64,000 nucleotides of DNA. Source: a virus. This document shows, one piece after another, positions 46,558 to 56,499 of the stretch. The stretch covers positions 1-64,000 of the IMG/VR virus record IMGVR_UViG_3300026097_000980; one strand, given 5' to 3'. The number at the start of each line of letters is the position of its first letter. Positions within the stretch are counted from its first letter, which is position 1. A program made the position numbers and the translations under genes. The notes under the pieces were generated by a model. It searched no databases, was not told the origin of the DNA, and worked only from the letters and a program-made list of their open reading frames with translations.

Positions 46558-47236
46558 TATCAATATACTCCTCGGCCAACGGAAAGATTTCTGTAATGAC
46601 CTGTGCAACTGCGTTGGCAATTTCCATGTGTTCTTTTTGTGTGCCATTAGCCGCACGTAATTCAATATAGTGGATCCAACTACGCAGTGTACCGTTCATG
46701 TACATTCGACTAACAGTTAACCCTTCAGGAAGAACAGCGCGAGCTTGTTCTTTGGCAATACCATTTTCAATTGCCCATTTATACGCCCGGCGAGCTTCGA
46801 TGATAACACGCTCTTGTGCTAACGCCCATTCTGTTTTTAATTCTGTATCGTATCGACTGTCTTCGTCTAATTCGATTGAGTTCTGACGGTTTTGCTTGTC
46901 TTGCAATCGAGCTTCTCGAATTTCAAAGTCTAGGTCCTTTGTCGGATCAGCATACCGTTGGCTGAACTCTTGGAAACTGAAACTGCGATGTCGTAGAATC
47001 TGTCTAGCAATATCACGAGTTGTCTCAATCTCTAGGCAAGCAGACACCATTTCAAACGGCGACCAATGTTTATGTTTTGCCAAGTAGTTGAGTAGGCGAG
47101 CAGAGGTCTCTGAATTATTCTGATTTGATGGATTAGATACTCGAGCCGCGTAGGCAATAAGATCCTGTACATCATCTATTCCTTCTTGTAAAAATTCTTT
47201 GCTGGGTTGTGAATAACTTACTAATTTAACTTTCAA
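46550..47236 (-). CDS. thyX: Flavin-dependent thymidylate synthase
   Basis: H.SPFE, RHRSFSFQEFSQRY, AR.VLP. Confidence 0.95.
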   Translation of the reverse strand: MKVKLVSYSQPSKEFLQEGIDDVQDLIAYAARVSNPSNQNNSETSARLLNYLAKHKHWSPFEMVSACLEIETTRDIARQILRHRSFSFQEFSQRYADPTKDLDFEIREARLQDKQNRQNSIELDEDSRYDTELKTEWALAQERVIIEARRAYKWAIENGIAKEQARAVLPEGLTVSRMYMNGTLRSWIHYIELRAANGTQKEHMEIANAVAQVITEIFPLAEEYIDNV

Positions 47237-47534
47237 GATCTGCCTCCTTTACAAATACGCCGTCTATCATTTTTCCCTTTCGATCTTTGATATCATTCCA
47301 TGCACAGTCAAGGCATTCTGCAATAGAAAGATTGTTTCTTTCGGCAATGTTAATCAAAACAACCATCATGTCGCCTATATCATCTTTGATATCTTTGCCT
47401 TTACAGATATTATCAGATAGTTCGCCTGCTTCTTGAATCAGTTTCATGTATTGATCTTTATCAGTAGCACCGTCAATTAAATTACGATCGTGATGCCATT
47501 GTCTGATGTAGTCTATGTATTGTTGTACGTTCAT
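47226..47534 (-). CDS. MazG-like NTP pyrophosphohydrolase
   Basis: KLIQEAGEL...DDIGD..VVL...IKDRKG. Confidence 0.8.
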   Translation of the reverse strand: MNVQQYIDYIRQWHHDRNLIDGATDKDQYMKLIQEAGELSDNICKGKDIKDDIGDMMVVLINIAERNNLSIAECLDCAWNDIKDRKGKMIDGVFVKEADLES

Positions 47535-48094
47535 TATTTCTCCGTTATAATATCAAAATTCACAGCGCACCTAGGGTTTTTTATAGGTATACCTCCACTA
47601 TGTAATGTTAATCCGTCAAAAATTACCAATCTTCCTTTTTTAGGAGAGACTGTTTTTATAATTTGTTCTTTTTTGTTATAAAACACTGTGTCACCTTCGG
47701 AATCATTCACATAGTATAACACAACTGTATGATCGAAGTCAAAATCTGTATGAGGATCCATTGTCGTTCTTTCGGTTTCATATGGCATTATAAGGAAAAT
47801 TCTTCCTAGGATTATTTGTTGTAATGATTTATTAATTTTATTGCAAGCGATTCTAGGCAATATTGAAAAATTTTCAAGATGCTGGGATTGTTGTGTGCTT
47901 GACTTCAAAACATGGGTGAAGCTTATAGGATCGCGATCTTCTTCTTTTCCGGTTGATTCATATTTTACCTTAAAATCTATTGTAGGAAAAATTTCCCCTT
48001 CGTCGGATCTTCCAAAAACCTGCATACAAAAATAGTTTTGGAGATATTCGGGAACAGCGTCATCAAAAACTTTTATTTTATCAAAACTATTCAC
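47534..48094 (-). CDS. 2OG-Fe(II) oxygenase
   Basis: PHTD, LYYVNDSEGDT, FDG..LH, R..VNF. Confidence 0.8.
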   Translation of the reverse strand: MNSFDKIKVFDDAVPEYLQNYFCMQVFGRSDEGEIFPTIDFKVKYESTGKEEDRDPISFTHVLKSSTQQSQHLENFSILPRIACNKINKSLQQIILGRIFLIMPYETERTTMDPHTDFDFDHTVVLYYVNDSEGDTVFYNKKEQIIKTVSPKKGRLVIFDGLTLHSGGIPIKNPRCAVNFDIITEK

Positions 48095-48473
48095 GGTTTA
48101 ATGCGTCCCAAACTTTTTCTTTTTGTAAAAGTTCTTGTTCGAGCTTACGATATTCGTCTCCAATTTTTTTAAGTTGGTTCCATTTTTCTTCTAATTCCGG
48201 ACTAGGTTGCAGTATGTTCAATCTTTCTTCTACCCGAGCCATAAACTCCTTAAGGCTTTGCTCTCCCATTTTGATATCACCGTCGTTGTGGATCTTGATA
48301 TCACCTTGACTTACATCAATACCTGGATTGAAAGTGTTGAAATCGATGTTGCTGAAATCAAAACTGTAGTCGTCGGACACCGTAATGGTATCAACCGAGT
48401 CTACAGCAAACGTGTCTGTTGTATATTGTATTCCTGACACATCCAGTGTTATTGTATTATCATCGTCGTTCAT
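48087..48473 (-). CDS. Hypothetical protein
   Basis: AGAGG RBS; acidic N-terminus, coiled-coil C-terminus. Confidence 0.6.
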   Translation of the reverse strand: MNDDDNTITLDVSGIQYTTDTFAVDSVDTITVSDDYSFDFSNIDFNTFNPGIDVSQGDIKIHNDGDIKMGEQSLKEFMARVEERLNILQPSPELEEKWNQLKKIGDEYRKLEQELLQKEKVWDALNRE

Positions 48474-48488
48474 GTTCTACCTCTTGTA

Positions 48489-48603
48489 TGGTGTGGTCGG
48501 TAGGGTTCGAACCTACAAGTATCTGAGGCTACACCTTCGATACCGTCCCGCATCCTACAGTGTAGGAATTTTGGAGCTTTGCCAAAAATTTGCTCACGAC
48601 CAC
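48489..48603 (-). tRNA. Non-canonical tRNA-like RNA (115 nt, encoded CCA, anticodon not assignable)
   Basis: Acceptor GUGGUCG/CGACCAC + ACCA; D arm AGC..UGG..GCU; T arm GUAGG-UUCGAAC-CCUAC; aberrant anticodon arm; long variable arm. Confidence 0.8.
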
Positions 48604-48649
48604 ATACTATATTATAGCCTTTTTACAGTTCAGTCAACTAACTCCTGAT

Positions 48650-48655
48650 TAAATA
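48650..48655 (+). promoter_or_regulatory. Late-promoter-like TAAATA heading the radical-SAM island
   Basis: Same hexamer as before structural genes; 21 nt before ATG 48677. Confidence 0.55.
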
Positions 48656-48676
48656 CTTTGTTCGCAAAGGTGTCCA

Positions 48677-49381
48677 ATGAGAATAGTAGCTTTCGGTGAT
48701 AGTTTTACAAATGGCCTTATAAAATTACCTAAAAGATACACACAAGAAGAATCTCATCAAAACAGTTTTGTAAACAAAATGTTTCAGTCTAGTAAAATAT
48801 TTACTGATTATTCAAATTTAGCCGACAACGGTTGTGGTAATAGACAGATAGCATCTAAGATTTATAAATGTTTACTTGAAAAGAAAATCAGCAAGAACGA
48901 TTTTGTATTTATTGGATGGTCTAGTTTGACTAGAACAGCATTATGGGACAACGAATATTATAAAACTCCTGATAACAATGTTGTTGATTATAAACAGTTG
49001 ATTTATGATACAGAATCTAGTATACTTAGTACACACATGATACTGAAATTACAAGGAATCCGACACTGCATGATACAAGCGTTTCATGATTATTCAAGCC
49101 AGACAGACATAAAATATCTGCTAGAAAAGAATATCAATTTCCCGTGTTGGATAAATTTTCAAAAAAACAATAACACCCTTATGGATATATGTATGTTGAG
49201 ATATTTGAGCGAGGCAAAGTTCAAAGATATCAAAAATCATCATAAAGAAAAATATGTTCAGCATACAAAATACCTTGCAGAATGTTATCATCCTAACGAT
49301 GCAGGGCATAGATTAATAGCAGAAACACTGAGACCCATTGCGGAAATATATGCTACTACAGATAAAAGTTTAGAGTATTAA
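48677..49381 (+). CDS. SGNH/GDSL-like protein
   Basis: FGDSFT, NLA..G.GN, HPN..GH. Confidence 0.75.
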   Translation: MRIVAFGDSFTNGLIKLPKRYTQEESHQNSFVNKMFQSSKIFTDYSNLADNGCGNRQIASKIYKCLLEKKISKNDFVFIGWSSLTRTALWDNEYYKTPDNNVVDYKQLIYDTESSILSTHMILKLQGIRHCMIQAFHDYSSQTDIKYLLEKNINFPCWINFQKNNNTLMDICMLRYLSEAKFKDIKNHHKEKYVQHTKYLAECYHPNDAGHRLIAETLRPIAEIYATTDKSLEY

Positions 49382-49389
49382 GGATAGAA

Positions 49390-51381
49390 ATGCAAAGATA
49401 CAAAAAAGAAATTGCCAGAGTAACATTAGTCGAACCCGAATCCGGCGACTACTTAGATCTTTACTTCAGGCTTTATGACATTTCTATCACAAACAAATGG
49501 ATTCATAATTTTAAACAACTAAAATCAGGACCGCATAGCTTCAGAGAAAAAAATGTATTTCTAAGGTCTTACAATCGTAGCCTATTGGATGATATTAACG
49601 AGTGTATAGAAAAAATTAATAACTTTTATGACAGACCTTTAGAATCTATAAACAATCTAACCGAAGAATCGTTAAACTATCTACACGAATGTTATGAAAT
49701 TTACGGTAAAAGACTAAATGAACATTTAGAAAAAAGATGGTGGGATAGCGCATACAAAAAGATTTCCGTAAACGACCCGGAAGCAATGGTCTGGCCTGGT
49801 AGATCATTTAACGAAGATATGCATTTTTCGTTTATCAAATTAAATGAACTCATTCATAAATCGGAATTTGCCGACGAAAGACGTTCTCCAGGAGCAATTG
49901 TTCTCGGCAGTTTCAATAAAAGAACAGACCATATTCTAGAAAGAGACGATTATTTAACAATAACTCCTTTTCTGAATTTCGGAGATTTCTGTCTTGGTTA
50001 CAATACTCTCGGAAAAAATCTTCAACACATAATATTAGATAATGACGAAGATGCTGTGGCCAGAAATGCAATTGTTCCGCAACAAACATGGTCCGATGAG
50101 TTTTATATCCATCTAAAGTCCGACGAAACAAAACCTGATCATCTAATAGGTTATAAAGAAATGTGGGACAATTTAAAAATCAAAGGATTCCAGTTCGGCA
50201 ACTTTATTGCTAATAAAGAAGGATATATCAAACTAGGGGAAATGATCCCTGAGCAAAGAGCGAAACTCTACAAAAACGATCACACTCTTATTGATTTTAA
50301 AAAATACACAGACCTACAAGATATAACATTGATTTCAACCGATGAATACAAAACAGGAGTTCGTTTCCCGGAGTTCAAGAAACCTTATAAGAAACAAGGA
50401 AAAGAGATCGTAGCTGTAGATACTGATAATGTTGTAATGATTACATGGATATTAAATAATATTTGCACCTACAGTTGTAGATATTGTCCTCCAAATTTAC
50501 ACAACGGAAAAAACTACAGATACGAGTGGGAAGATATAGAGCCATTTGTGTCCCATTTACTTAAATTTTATCGAGGAAAGAACATTGAATTTAATTTAAG
50601 TGGTGGCGAACCGACACTTAGTCCCTTTTTTCCTATGCTGGTTAAAAAAATTTACGATAGCGGAGCGTATGTAGGTATAACCACAAATCTCGCAAGAAGT
50701 ACTAGATTTATAAAAGATAATTTTAAATATTTGAAATTTGCGTGTTGTAGCTTCCATCCTTATTACGAATTTCAAGACGAAAAATATAAAGAGTTTTTAG
50801 AGAAAATTAAGGAATGTGCAAACCATTGCCATACAACAGTCCGGGTTATGATGGACCCGTTACACTGGGATCAAACAGTGGAATTTGTAGAAACTCTAAA
50901 AAAATTAAAGTGCTGTAAAGTAGAAGTAGTATATATTGATAATCAGTACGGCAGTACACACAAACAGCTGATTGACATAAGTTATACGCCAGCCCAAATA
51001 GAATATATCAAAAACTTCGAACCTTTTCAAAAATTTGATGCAAAATGGAGTAAATCTGAATTATGGTCGCCAATGCCTACGAAAGGTGATGTAATTTTTT
51101 CCGACGGTTCTAGAGAAGAGTTGGGAACTGCACAAAAATATATTAATAACGGTCAGGCAAACTTTTTCAATTACTCGTGCGATATAGGTAAGAATAGTTT
51201 GTTTATTGGCCCAAATGGTGAGGTCAGAAAAGGAAATTGTTTGGTCGGAGGAAAAATTGGAACTGTTGAGAATTGGAGAGGAATAGACTGGAACGATCTC
51301 AAGCAATCAATAATTTGTAATTCATTGTGCTGCCATTGCGGCGCAGATGTTGTAATCTCCAAAAGGAAACGCAATGCGTAA
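49390..51381 (+). CDS. Radical SAM protein with ~340-aa N-terminal extra domain
   Basis: CTYSCRYC, SGGEPT, SFH, C-terminal CNSLCCHC.AD. Confidence 0.85.
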   Translation: MQRYKKEIARVTLVEPESGDYLDLYFRLYDISITNKWIHNFKQLKSGPHSFREKNVFLRSYNRSLLDDINECIEKINNFYDRPLESINNLTEESLNYLHECYEIYGKRLNEHLEKRWWDSAYKKISVNDPEAMVWPGRSFNEDMHFSFIKLNELIHKSEFADERRSPGAIVLGSFNKRTDHILERDDYLTITPFLNFGDFCLGYNTLGKNLQHIILDNDEDAVARNAIVPQQTWSDEFYIHLKSDETKPDHLIGYKEMWDNLKIKGFQFGNFIANKEGYIKLGEMIPEQRAKLYKNDHTLIDFKKYTDLQDITLISTDEYKTGVRFPEFKKPYKKQGKEIVAVDTDNVVMITWILNNICTYSCRYCPPNLHNGKNYRYEWEDIEPFVSHLLKFYRGKNIEFNLSGGEPTLSPFFPMLVKKIYDSGAYVGITTNLARSTRFIKDNFKYLKFACCSFHPYYEFQDEKYKEFLEKIKECANHCHTTVRVMMDPLHWDQTVEFVETLKKLKCCKVEVVYIDNQYGSTHKQLIDISYTPAQIEYIKNFEPFQKFDAKWSKSELWSPMPTKGDVIFSDGSREELGTAQKYINNGQANFFNYSCDIGKNSLFIGPNGEVRKGNCLVGGKIGTVENWRGIDWNDLKQSIICNSLCCHCGADVVISKRKRNA

Positions 51382-52078
51382 AATTTTAAATTTTGGTTGT
51401 AGTCATACCAACGGTGCAGAGATTGACGAACCGTGGTCGGGAGAAAGACCCGATCTAGCTTATGGCGCTGTTCTTTCAAAGATGATAGATTACAAAGTCG
51501 AGCAGATATGCGGGAATGGTTGGAGTAACCAATGGATAATTAAAAATGCGTTCAATGCGTGTTTAGAATACATTGATAATAAAGATAAGCCGTTTATTCT
51601 CGTCGGATGGACATCAGTTGAACGAATGCCGTTGCAGTTTGCTGGTCAAGGCACAGTTTATCATGCAACAACAAATTTACCCCCAGAACCTAAATATTAT
51701 CCTGTTAGGAATTATGAAAGAATACACAGTACACTTTGGGGTTCTTCTGTTAACAAACCTGAAATGACTGAAATGCGATTATCTAATATATTAGGGTTCC
51801 AATCTTGGTTGAAAGAACATAATTTTCCATTTTTATTTTTCTGGGCCGTTAATAGTGCTGATACTAAAGTGCTAGAAAAATATAGCATGTGTTTTGATCC
51901 TTGTAGATTTTATGAACCAATTCAACACGATGAGTCTTACTGGAGATACTATCTTAATAATTACTATGATAAGTCTAAAAGATGGGCAAAACATGCACCT
52001 GCGGAGTTCCATAGGCACTGGGCACATAAGCTTTATACGTATATTTGCAAACACAAGTTGCTGGATCTAAATGTTTAG
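51374..52078 (+). CDS. SGNH/GDSL-like protein
   Basis: FGCSHT, G.SN, VGWTS..R, C-terminal H..H. Confidence 0.65.
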   Translation: MRKILNFGCSHTNGAEIDEPWSGERPDLAYGAVLSKMIDYKVEQICGNGWSNQWIIKNAFNACLEYIDNKDKPFILVGWTSVERMPLQFAGQGTVYHATTNLPPEPKYYPVRNYERIHSTLWGSSVNKPEMTEMRLSNILGFQSWLKEHNFPFLFFWAVNSADTKVLEKYSMCFDPCRFYEPIQHDESYWRYYLNNYYDKSKRWAKHAPAEFHRHWAHKLYTYICKHKLLDLNV

Positions 52079-53567
52079 CATATCGAAAGGAACATTAAAT
52101 TTAGATCATCCTGCTTGTAAAAGCCAGATTGATTTCTTTGCGGGACAAAATTTTAACAAAGTGAATATTGATAACTTTTGTTCAGGCCACTACGATCATA
52201 GAATTGCCAAGCACTTTTATTTTTCAGTCCACCCGGCAGATCTCCCAATTACAGTTCTTGTATACGGAGAACAAATCCTAAATATACATCCCGGAACTTC
52301 TAGGGTGCTTGCATATTATCTATCTGATAAGAAAAAAATTCCTGCAATATTTTTACAGGTTGGTAGCATGAAAGAATTAGAATTTGCAGAAAATGTTCAA
52401 TCTATTACTGAAAAAAACGAACTTACCTTGGTCAATCAAAACGACAAGCCGAATAAACATTTTTGGCAAATAAATGTTATTGACCAAGAATACTATAAAA
52501 AGATCGAAAACGAAAAACAATTATCAAAAAAGTTTAAAGAGTTTTTTTATAGTTGTTTAGATCAAAACTCTGTAGATACTTTAAAAAAAGAATATCTAAA
52601 AAATAATCAGAAAAAATTCTGGAAACTGTGTTCACAAATTGCTAGAGAAAATTTTAACAAAAAGTTAGCAATTAAACCTCAAAGAACCGGAGCGTGGCAA
52701 TACAACAGTGATTTTCATTGGAATGTATTTTTTAAAAACTATGATGTTTTTTTGGTAGAGATGTTACCGAATGCAATGAGTGAATTCATAGCCCATCCTA
52801 ATGAGATAGAAAGTCAAAGTCGCTGGATTAAAAAATACAAAGATACTGAAAGAAAATTTCCTGAAATTTTTATAAACTACGAGCTAGACGAGTTTGTCAA
52901 AGATTACACAGAAATTTACGATTGTTTAAAATCGGAAAATCATAAAATAGCCGATTTGGTAGACAACAAGCTCTGGATGAACTGTAAAGGATATGAATAT
53001 ATAAAAACCATACAAAGTGTTTATAAACATGGTGGCATTAATTATAGTTCTAGCATACTAACAAACATCTGCGGAGAACGAAACTTTAAGTATCATCCTG
53101 GAAGGCATTTATCGTTTGCCAAGCGATTTATAGGACAACCGGATATTCATTTTCTAACAATTAAAAAGCAGGATCGCGAATGGTTAGATCAGTATGACAA
53201 AGTTAAAATTATAACCCAAATAGAAACCAAGAACCAAATTTTAGAAAACATGCCTAAAGAAATGACAGATGTCAGCACATGGCTTCAGGGAACTTTTCCT
53301 GTATATACGTGGCCGTTTGTGAACGGAGAAATTAAACTGCCTACTACTGAATGGGGAGATTTAAAAGATGACTGCGGCTATACTGTGATAACTAAATCTG
53401 GAAAAGAAGAAAATATGAAAGTGTTTACTGAATACGCAAAAATTTTAAAAAACACTGATTTACAGAATCTGTATAAAGGAAAAAAGAAAAACCATAAAAA
53501 GCTAAATGAAAGATATCTGGGGTTCCTGTTGAACAATCAAGAAGGTGACGAATTTGAAAAAGGTTAA
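52071..53567 (+). CDS. Hypothetical protein with two HPG-R motifs (ParB/Srx-like?)
   Basis: IHPGTSR and YHPGRH. Confidence 0.55.
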   Translation: MFSISKGTLNLDHPACKSQIDFFAGQNFNKVNIDNFCSGHYDHRIAKHFYFSVHPADLPITVLVYGEQILNIHPGTSRVLAYYLSDKKKIPAIFLQVGSMKELEFAENVQSITEKNELTLVNQNDKPNKHFWQINVIDQEYYKKIENEKQLSKKFKEFFYSCLDQNSVDTLKKEYLKNNQKKFWKLCSQIARENFNKKLAIKPQRTGAWQYNSDFHWNVFFKNYDVFLVEMLPNAMSEFIAHPNEIESQSRWIKKYKDTERKFPEIFINYELDEFVKDYTEIYDCLKSENHKIADLVDNKLWMNCKGYEYIKTIQSVYKHGGINYSSSILTNICGERNFKYHPGRHLSFAKRFIGQPDIHFLTIKKQDREWLDQYDKVKIITQIETKNQILENMPKEMTDVSTWLQGTFPVYTWPFVNGEIKLPTTEWGDLKDDCGYTVITKSGKEENMKVFTEYAKILKNTDLQNLYKGKKKNHKKLNERYLGFLLNNQEGDEFEKG

Positions 53568-54519
53568 GTTTGAAAGGGTTAACTTAGAATTAGTCGGCGG
53601 CTGCAATTATACCTGCCAGATGTGTCCTCAAAGTACCGGCAGAGGAAAAGAGTGGACTAAAAAACTGCCTTTCGAATTATTCGAAAATATTTTAGATCAA
53701 TTAGACGGTAATCCATTAATTGGACTACACGGTTCAGGAGAACCTACATTGATTAAAGATCTTCCTAGATACGTTGAAATCTGTAAAAAAAGAAATTATA
53801 AAGTGTTCATTAATACCAACGGTTTTAAATTGCACGGAAAATTTATGGAAGACGTAATTAATGCAGGAATAGATTGGATAAGGTTTAGTGTTGTAGGATA
53901 TAATTCTGAGACTTATAAAGATTGGATGGCGGTAGACAACTTTAATAAAATTGTAGAAAACACCATAGAGACTTCCGAGTATATCAAAATAGTTAATTCG
54001 CACTGCAAACTTTTAAGTTATCATTTAATACTTGACTCTAACAACATAGATTATGAGATTGATCAATATAGAAAAAACTATATAGAGAAAACCGGTACAC
54101 ACGGGTACATATGGAAAATGCATAACTGGAGTGGTAATTACCAGCCGTTATATTTAAGAGATCCGGCAAAGCGTAAAACCTGCGGCAGACCGTGGGCACC
54201 TGATATCACAATCAGGGCCGGAGGCATAGATAAGTTACACGGTGCTGTTGTTCCTTGTTGTCAAACAATGGGTCCTCCTAACGAAGCAAAAAGTGTTCTC
54301 GGACACGTTGAAACTGAAACAATTGACGAAATATGGAACGGACAATTATATCAAGAACTGCGTGATGCACATTCCAAAGGTAATTTTGATTCAATTGACT
54401 ATTGTAAAGACTGCGATCTTTTATATCAAGAAGATGAAAGTTTAATATGGAGTAATGCACCGGGAGCTTTTGACGGCAAGTTAATAGGAACTGACGTAAA
54501 TCTAAAGGATTTTATATGA
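53545..54519 (+). CDS. Radical SAM/SPASM protein (start may be TTG 53554)
   Basis: CNYTCQMC, GSGEPT, CGRPW..VPCC..CKDC. Confidence 0.88.
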   Translation: MTNLKKVKFERVNLELVGGCNYTCQMCPQSTGRGKEWTKKLPFELFENILDQLDGNPLIGLHGSGEPTLIKDLPRYVEICKKRNYKVFINTNGFKLHGKFMEDVINAGIDWIRFSVVGYNSETYKDWMAVDNFNKIVENTIETSEYIKIVNSHCKLLSYHLILDSNNIDYEIDQYRKNYIEKTGTHGYIWKMHNWSGNYQPLYLRDPAKRKTCGRPWAPDITIRAGGIDKLHGAVVPCCQTMGPPNEAKSVLGHVETETIDEIWNGQLYQELRDAHSKGNFDSIDYCKDCDLLYQEDESLIWSNAPGAFDGKLIGTDVNLKDFI

Positions 54520-55517
54520 CAGATTTTTCAAAAATTCCTTTTGAAGATATAATCAAAGTCGGACAGAGAACATTGCTAGATCGTCCATTATTTACTGTTA
54601 GTTGGATTCTTGGTAGATTCTGCAACTACAATTGTAGTTACTGCTGGCCATATGCCAGAAGCTCAACTCCGGATCATTTCGATCTCGATGTTTATCTAAA
54701 AGGAATTGACGAAATTAAACGGCAAGCGAGAAAGAACGGATTCACTGAATTTCACTTTAGTTTTAGTGGAGGTGAGCCCACTGCATACAAACAGTTTAAT
54801 AAAGTGCTAAAACATTATTCTGAAGATGCAGACCCTGAATACCAAAGCTTGCACATGACCACAAACCTTTCTCCTGCAAAAAAATGGTGGGAGAAGTTTG
54901 TAACAGACACATATAAATTACAGAGAAAAAGTATAACAGCAAGTTTTCATGCCGAACATGCAGATGAAACAGAGTTCGGTGATAAATGTCTTATGCTTAT
55001 GGATGCAGGAGTATTTGTAACTATAAATCAAGTTATGGTTCCTGAACTGTTTGACGAATATTATGAAAGATGCCAACGGTTTTTTGCTAGAGGAATCAAT
55101 GTAACGTTAAAGCCTCAAAGCGATCCAACAGCAAGTTATATAGTAGGCGGATATACAGAATATCAGAGAAAGATACTGCAAGAAAATTTTCCGCAAAAAA
55201 TTCCATCGAAATATAAGAGTGATATACCTCTATTACAAATCGAGTTAGAAGATAAATTTTCTAATAAGTTTTACTTAGATCAAGCAGAACGATTTAACGC
55301 TTTTGATTTTAATAAATTCCAAGGTTGGTCTTGTAATTCTGGTTATCAAAGCTGTATAATTAGAAGTAATGAAGTAAAAAGAAGCTATTCATGTCACGAT
55401 GAATCGTTAGGAACACTGACAGACGGATTTGAGTTGTTTGCTAATTCAAAAGTTTGTATTACTCCGTCGTGTGTTAGCAGTGCAGATAGTAAAATACCTA
55501 AGGTTAAACATGTATAA
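54516..55517 (+). CDS. Radical SAM protein
   Basis: CNYNCSYC, SGGEPT, SFH, NKFQGWSC. Confidence 0.88.
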   Translation: MTDFSKIPFEDIIKVGQRTLLDRPLFTVSWILGRFCNYNCSYCWPYARSSTPDHFDLDVYLKGIDEIKRQARKNGFTEFHFSFSGGEPTAYKQFNKVLKHYSEDADPEYQSLHMTTNLSPAKKWWEKFVTDTYKLQRKSITASFHAEHADETEFGDKCLMLMDAGVFVTINQVMVPELFDEYYERCQRFFARGINVTLKPQSDPTASYIVGGYTEYQRKILQENFPQKIPSKYKSDIPLLQIELEDKFSNKFYLDQAERFNAFDFNKFQGWSCNSGYQSCIIRSNEVKRSYSCHDESLGTLTDGFELFANSKVCITPSCVSSADSKIPKVKHV

Positions 55518-56499
55518 ACTAAATGAAATTAAAGAAATACATTTAGAAACAACATCTAAGTGTCAAGCAAGATGTCCTATGTGTCCTCGCCGTTTAAATG
55601 GAGGATCTATTAATCCATTAATAACGCTAGATGAAATTTATCTGGACGATTTTAAAAAATGGTTTCCGGTACATTTTCTTCAAAATTTAGACCGACTGTT
55701 TATGTGTGGAAATCTAGGTGATCCGGTTGTTGCTCAAGATACACTTGAAATTTTTCAATACTTAAGAGAGATTAATCCGGATATTCAATTGAGCATGCAT
55801 ACTAACGGAAGCGCAAGAACCAAAGACTGGTGGCACAAATTAGCACTTGCTGATGTTGAAGTAACCTTTGGCATCGACGGGCTAGAGGATACACACAGTC
55901 TTTACCGCATAAACACAGACTGGGCTACTATTATTAAGAATGCACAATCTTTCATTGATGCAGGCGGGAAAGCAAATTGGCACATGTTAGTGTTTAAACA
56001 TAACGAACATCAGATTGAAAACTGCAAGCAATTAAGTTTAGAGTATGGATTCAAATACTTTAGTATAAAACACACCAGTAGGTTTAAAGAAAATAAGTTG
56101 CACGTGATAGACGATGCTGGTAAAACTGCTTATAAAATTTATCCTACCCAAAAAAGTCTAGACATGATACCTAAGGTAACACAATTCTATACCGATCAAA
56201 GTCCGTGTATTAAGTGTAAGGCTAAACAACAAAAACAAATTTATGTTTCAGCAAACGGAAATATAGCTCCGTGTTGTTGGCTAGATATGCAATACAAATT
56301 ACATATACAAGATACCAGGATAGACTATATGGATAAAATAGAACAGTTTCCTAACCTTAGAGAAATGTCAATTGAAGATATATTTTCCTCTGATTATTTT
56401 AAAAGCATTGAAAAAACTTGGGCAGATGATCCGTTGTTAGAATGTTCAAAACAATGCGGTAGTTTCGATAAATTACAGGAGCAATTCGTTGAAAGTTGA
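55510..56499 (+). CDS. Radical SAM/SPASM-like protein (start MYKLNE)
   Basis: CQARCPMC, GNLGDP, TNGS, PCC, CSKQC. Confidence 0.88.
   Translation: MYKLNEIKEIHLETTSKCQARCPMCPRRLNGGSINPLITLDEIYLDDFKKWFPVHFLQNLDRLFMCGNLGDPVVAQDTLEIFQYLREINPDIQLSMHTNGSARTKDWWHKLALADVEVTFGIDGLEDTHSLYRINTDWATIIKNAQSFIDAGGKANWHMLVFKHNEHQIENCKQLSLEYGFKYFSIKHTSRFKENKLHVIDDAGKTAYKIYPTQKSLDMIPKVTQFYTDQSPCIKCKAKQQKQIYVSANGNIAPCCWLDMQYKLHIQDTRIDYMDKIEQFPNLREMSIEDIFSSDYFKSIEKTWADDPLLECSKQCGSFDKLQEQFVES

Noticed and set aside
48489-48603. tmRNA or tRNA-Sec
   Set aside because: Too short and lacks G3-U70 for tmRNA; 7-bp acceptor, A73 and no UCA anticodon argue against Sec
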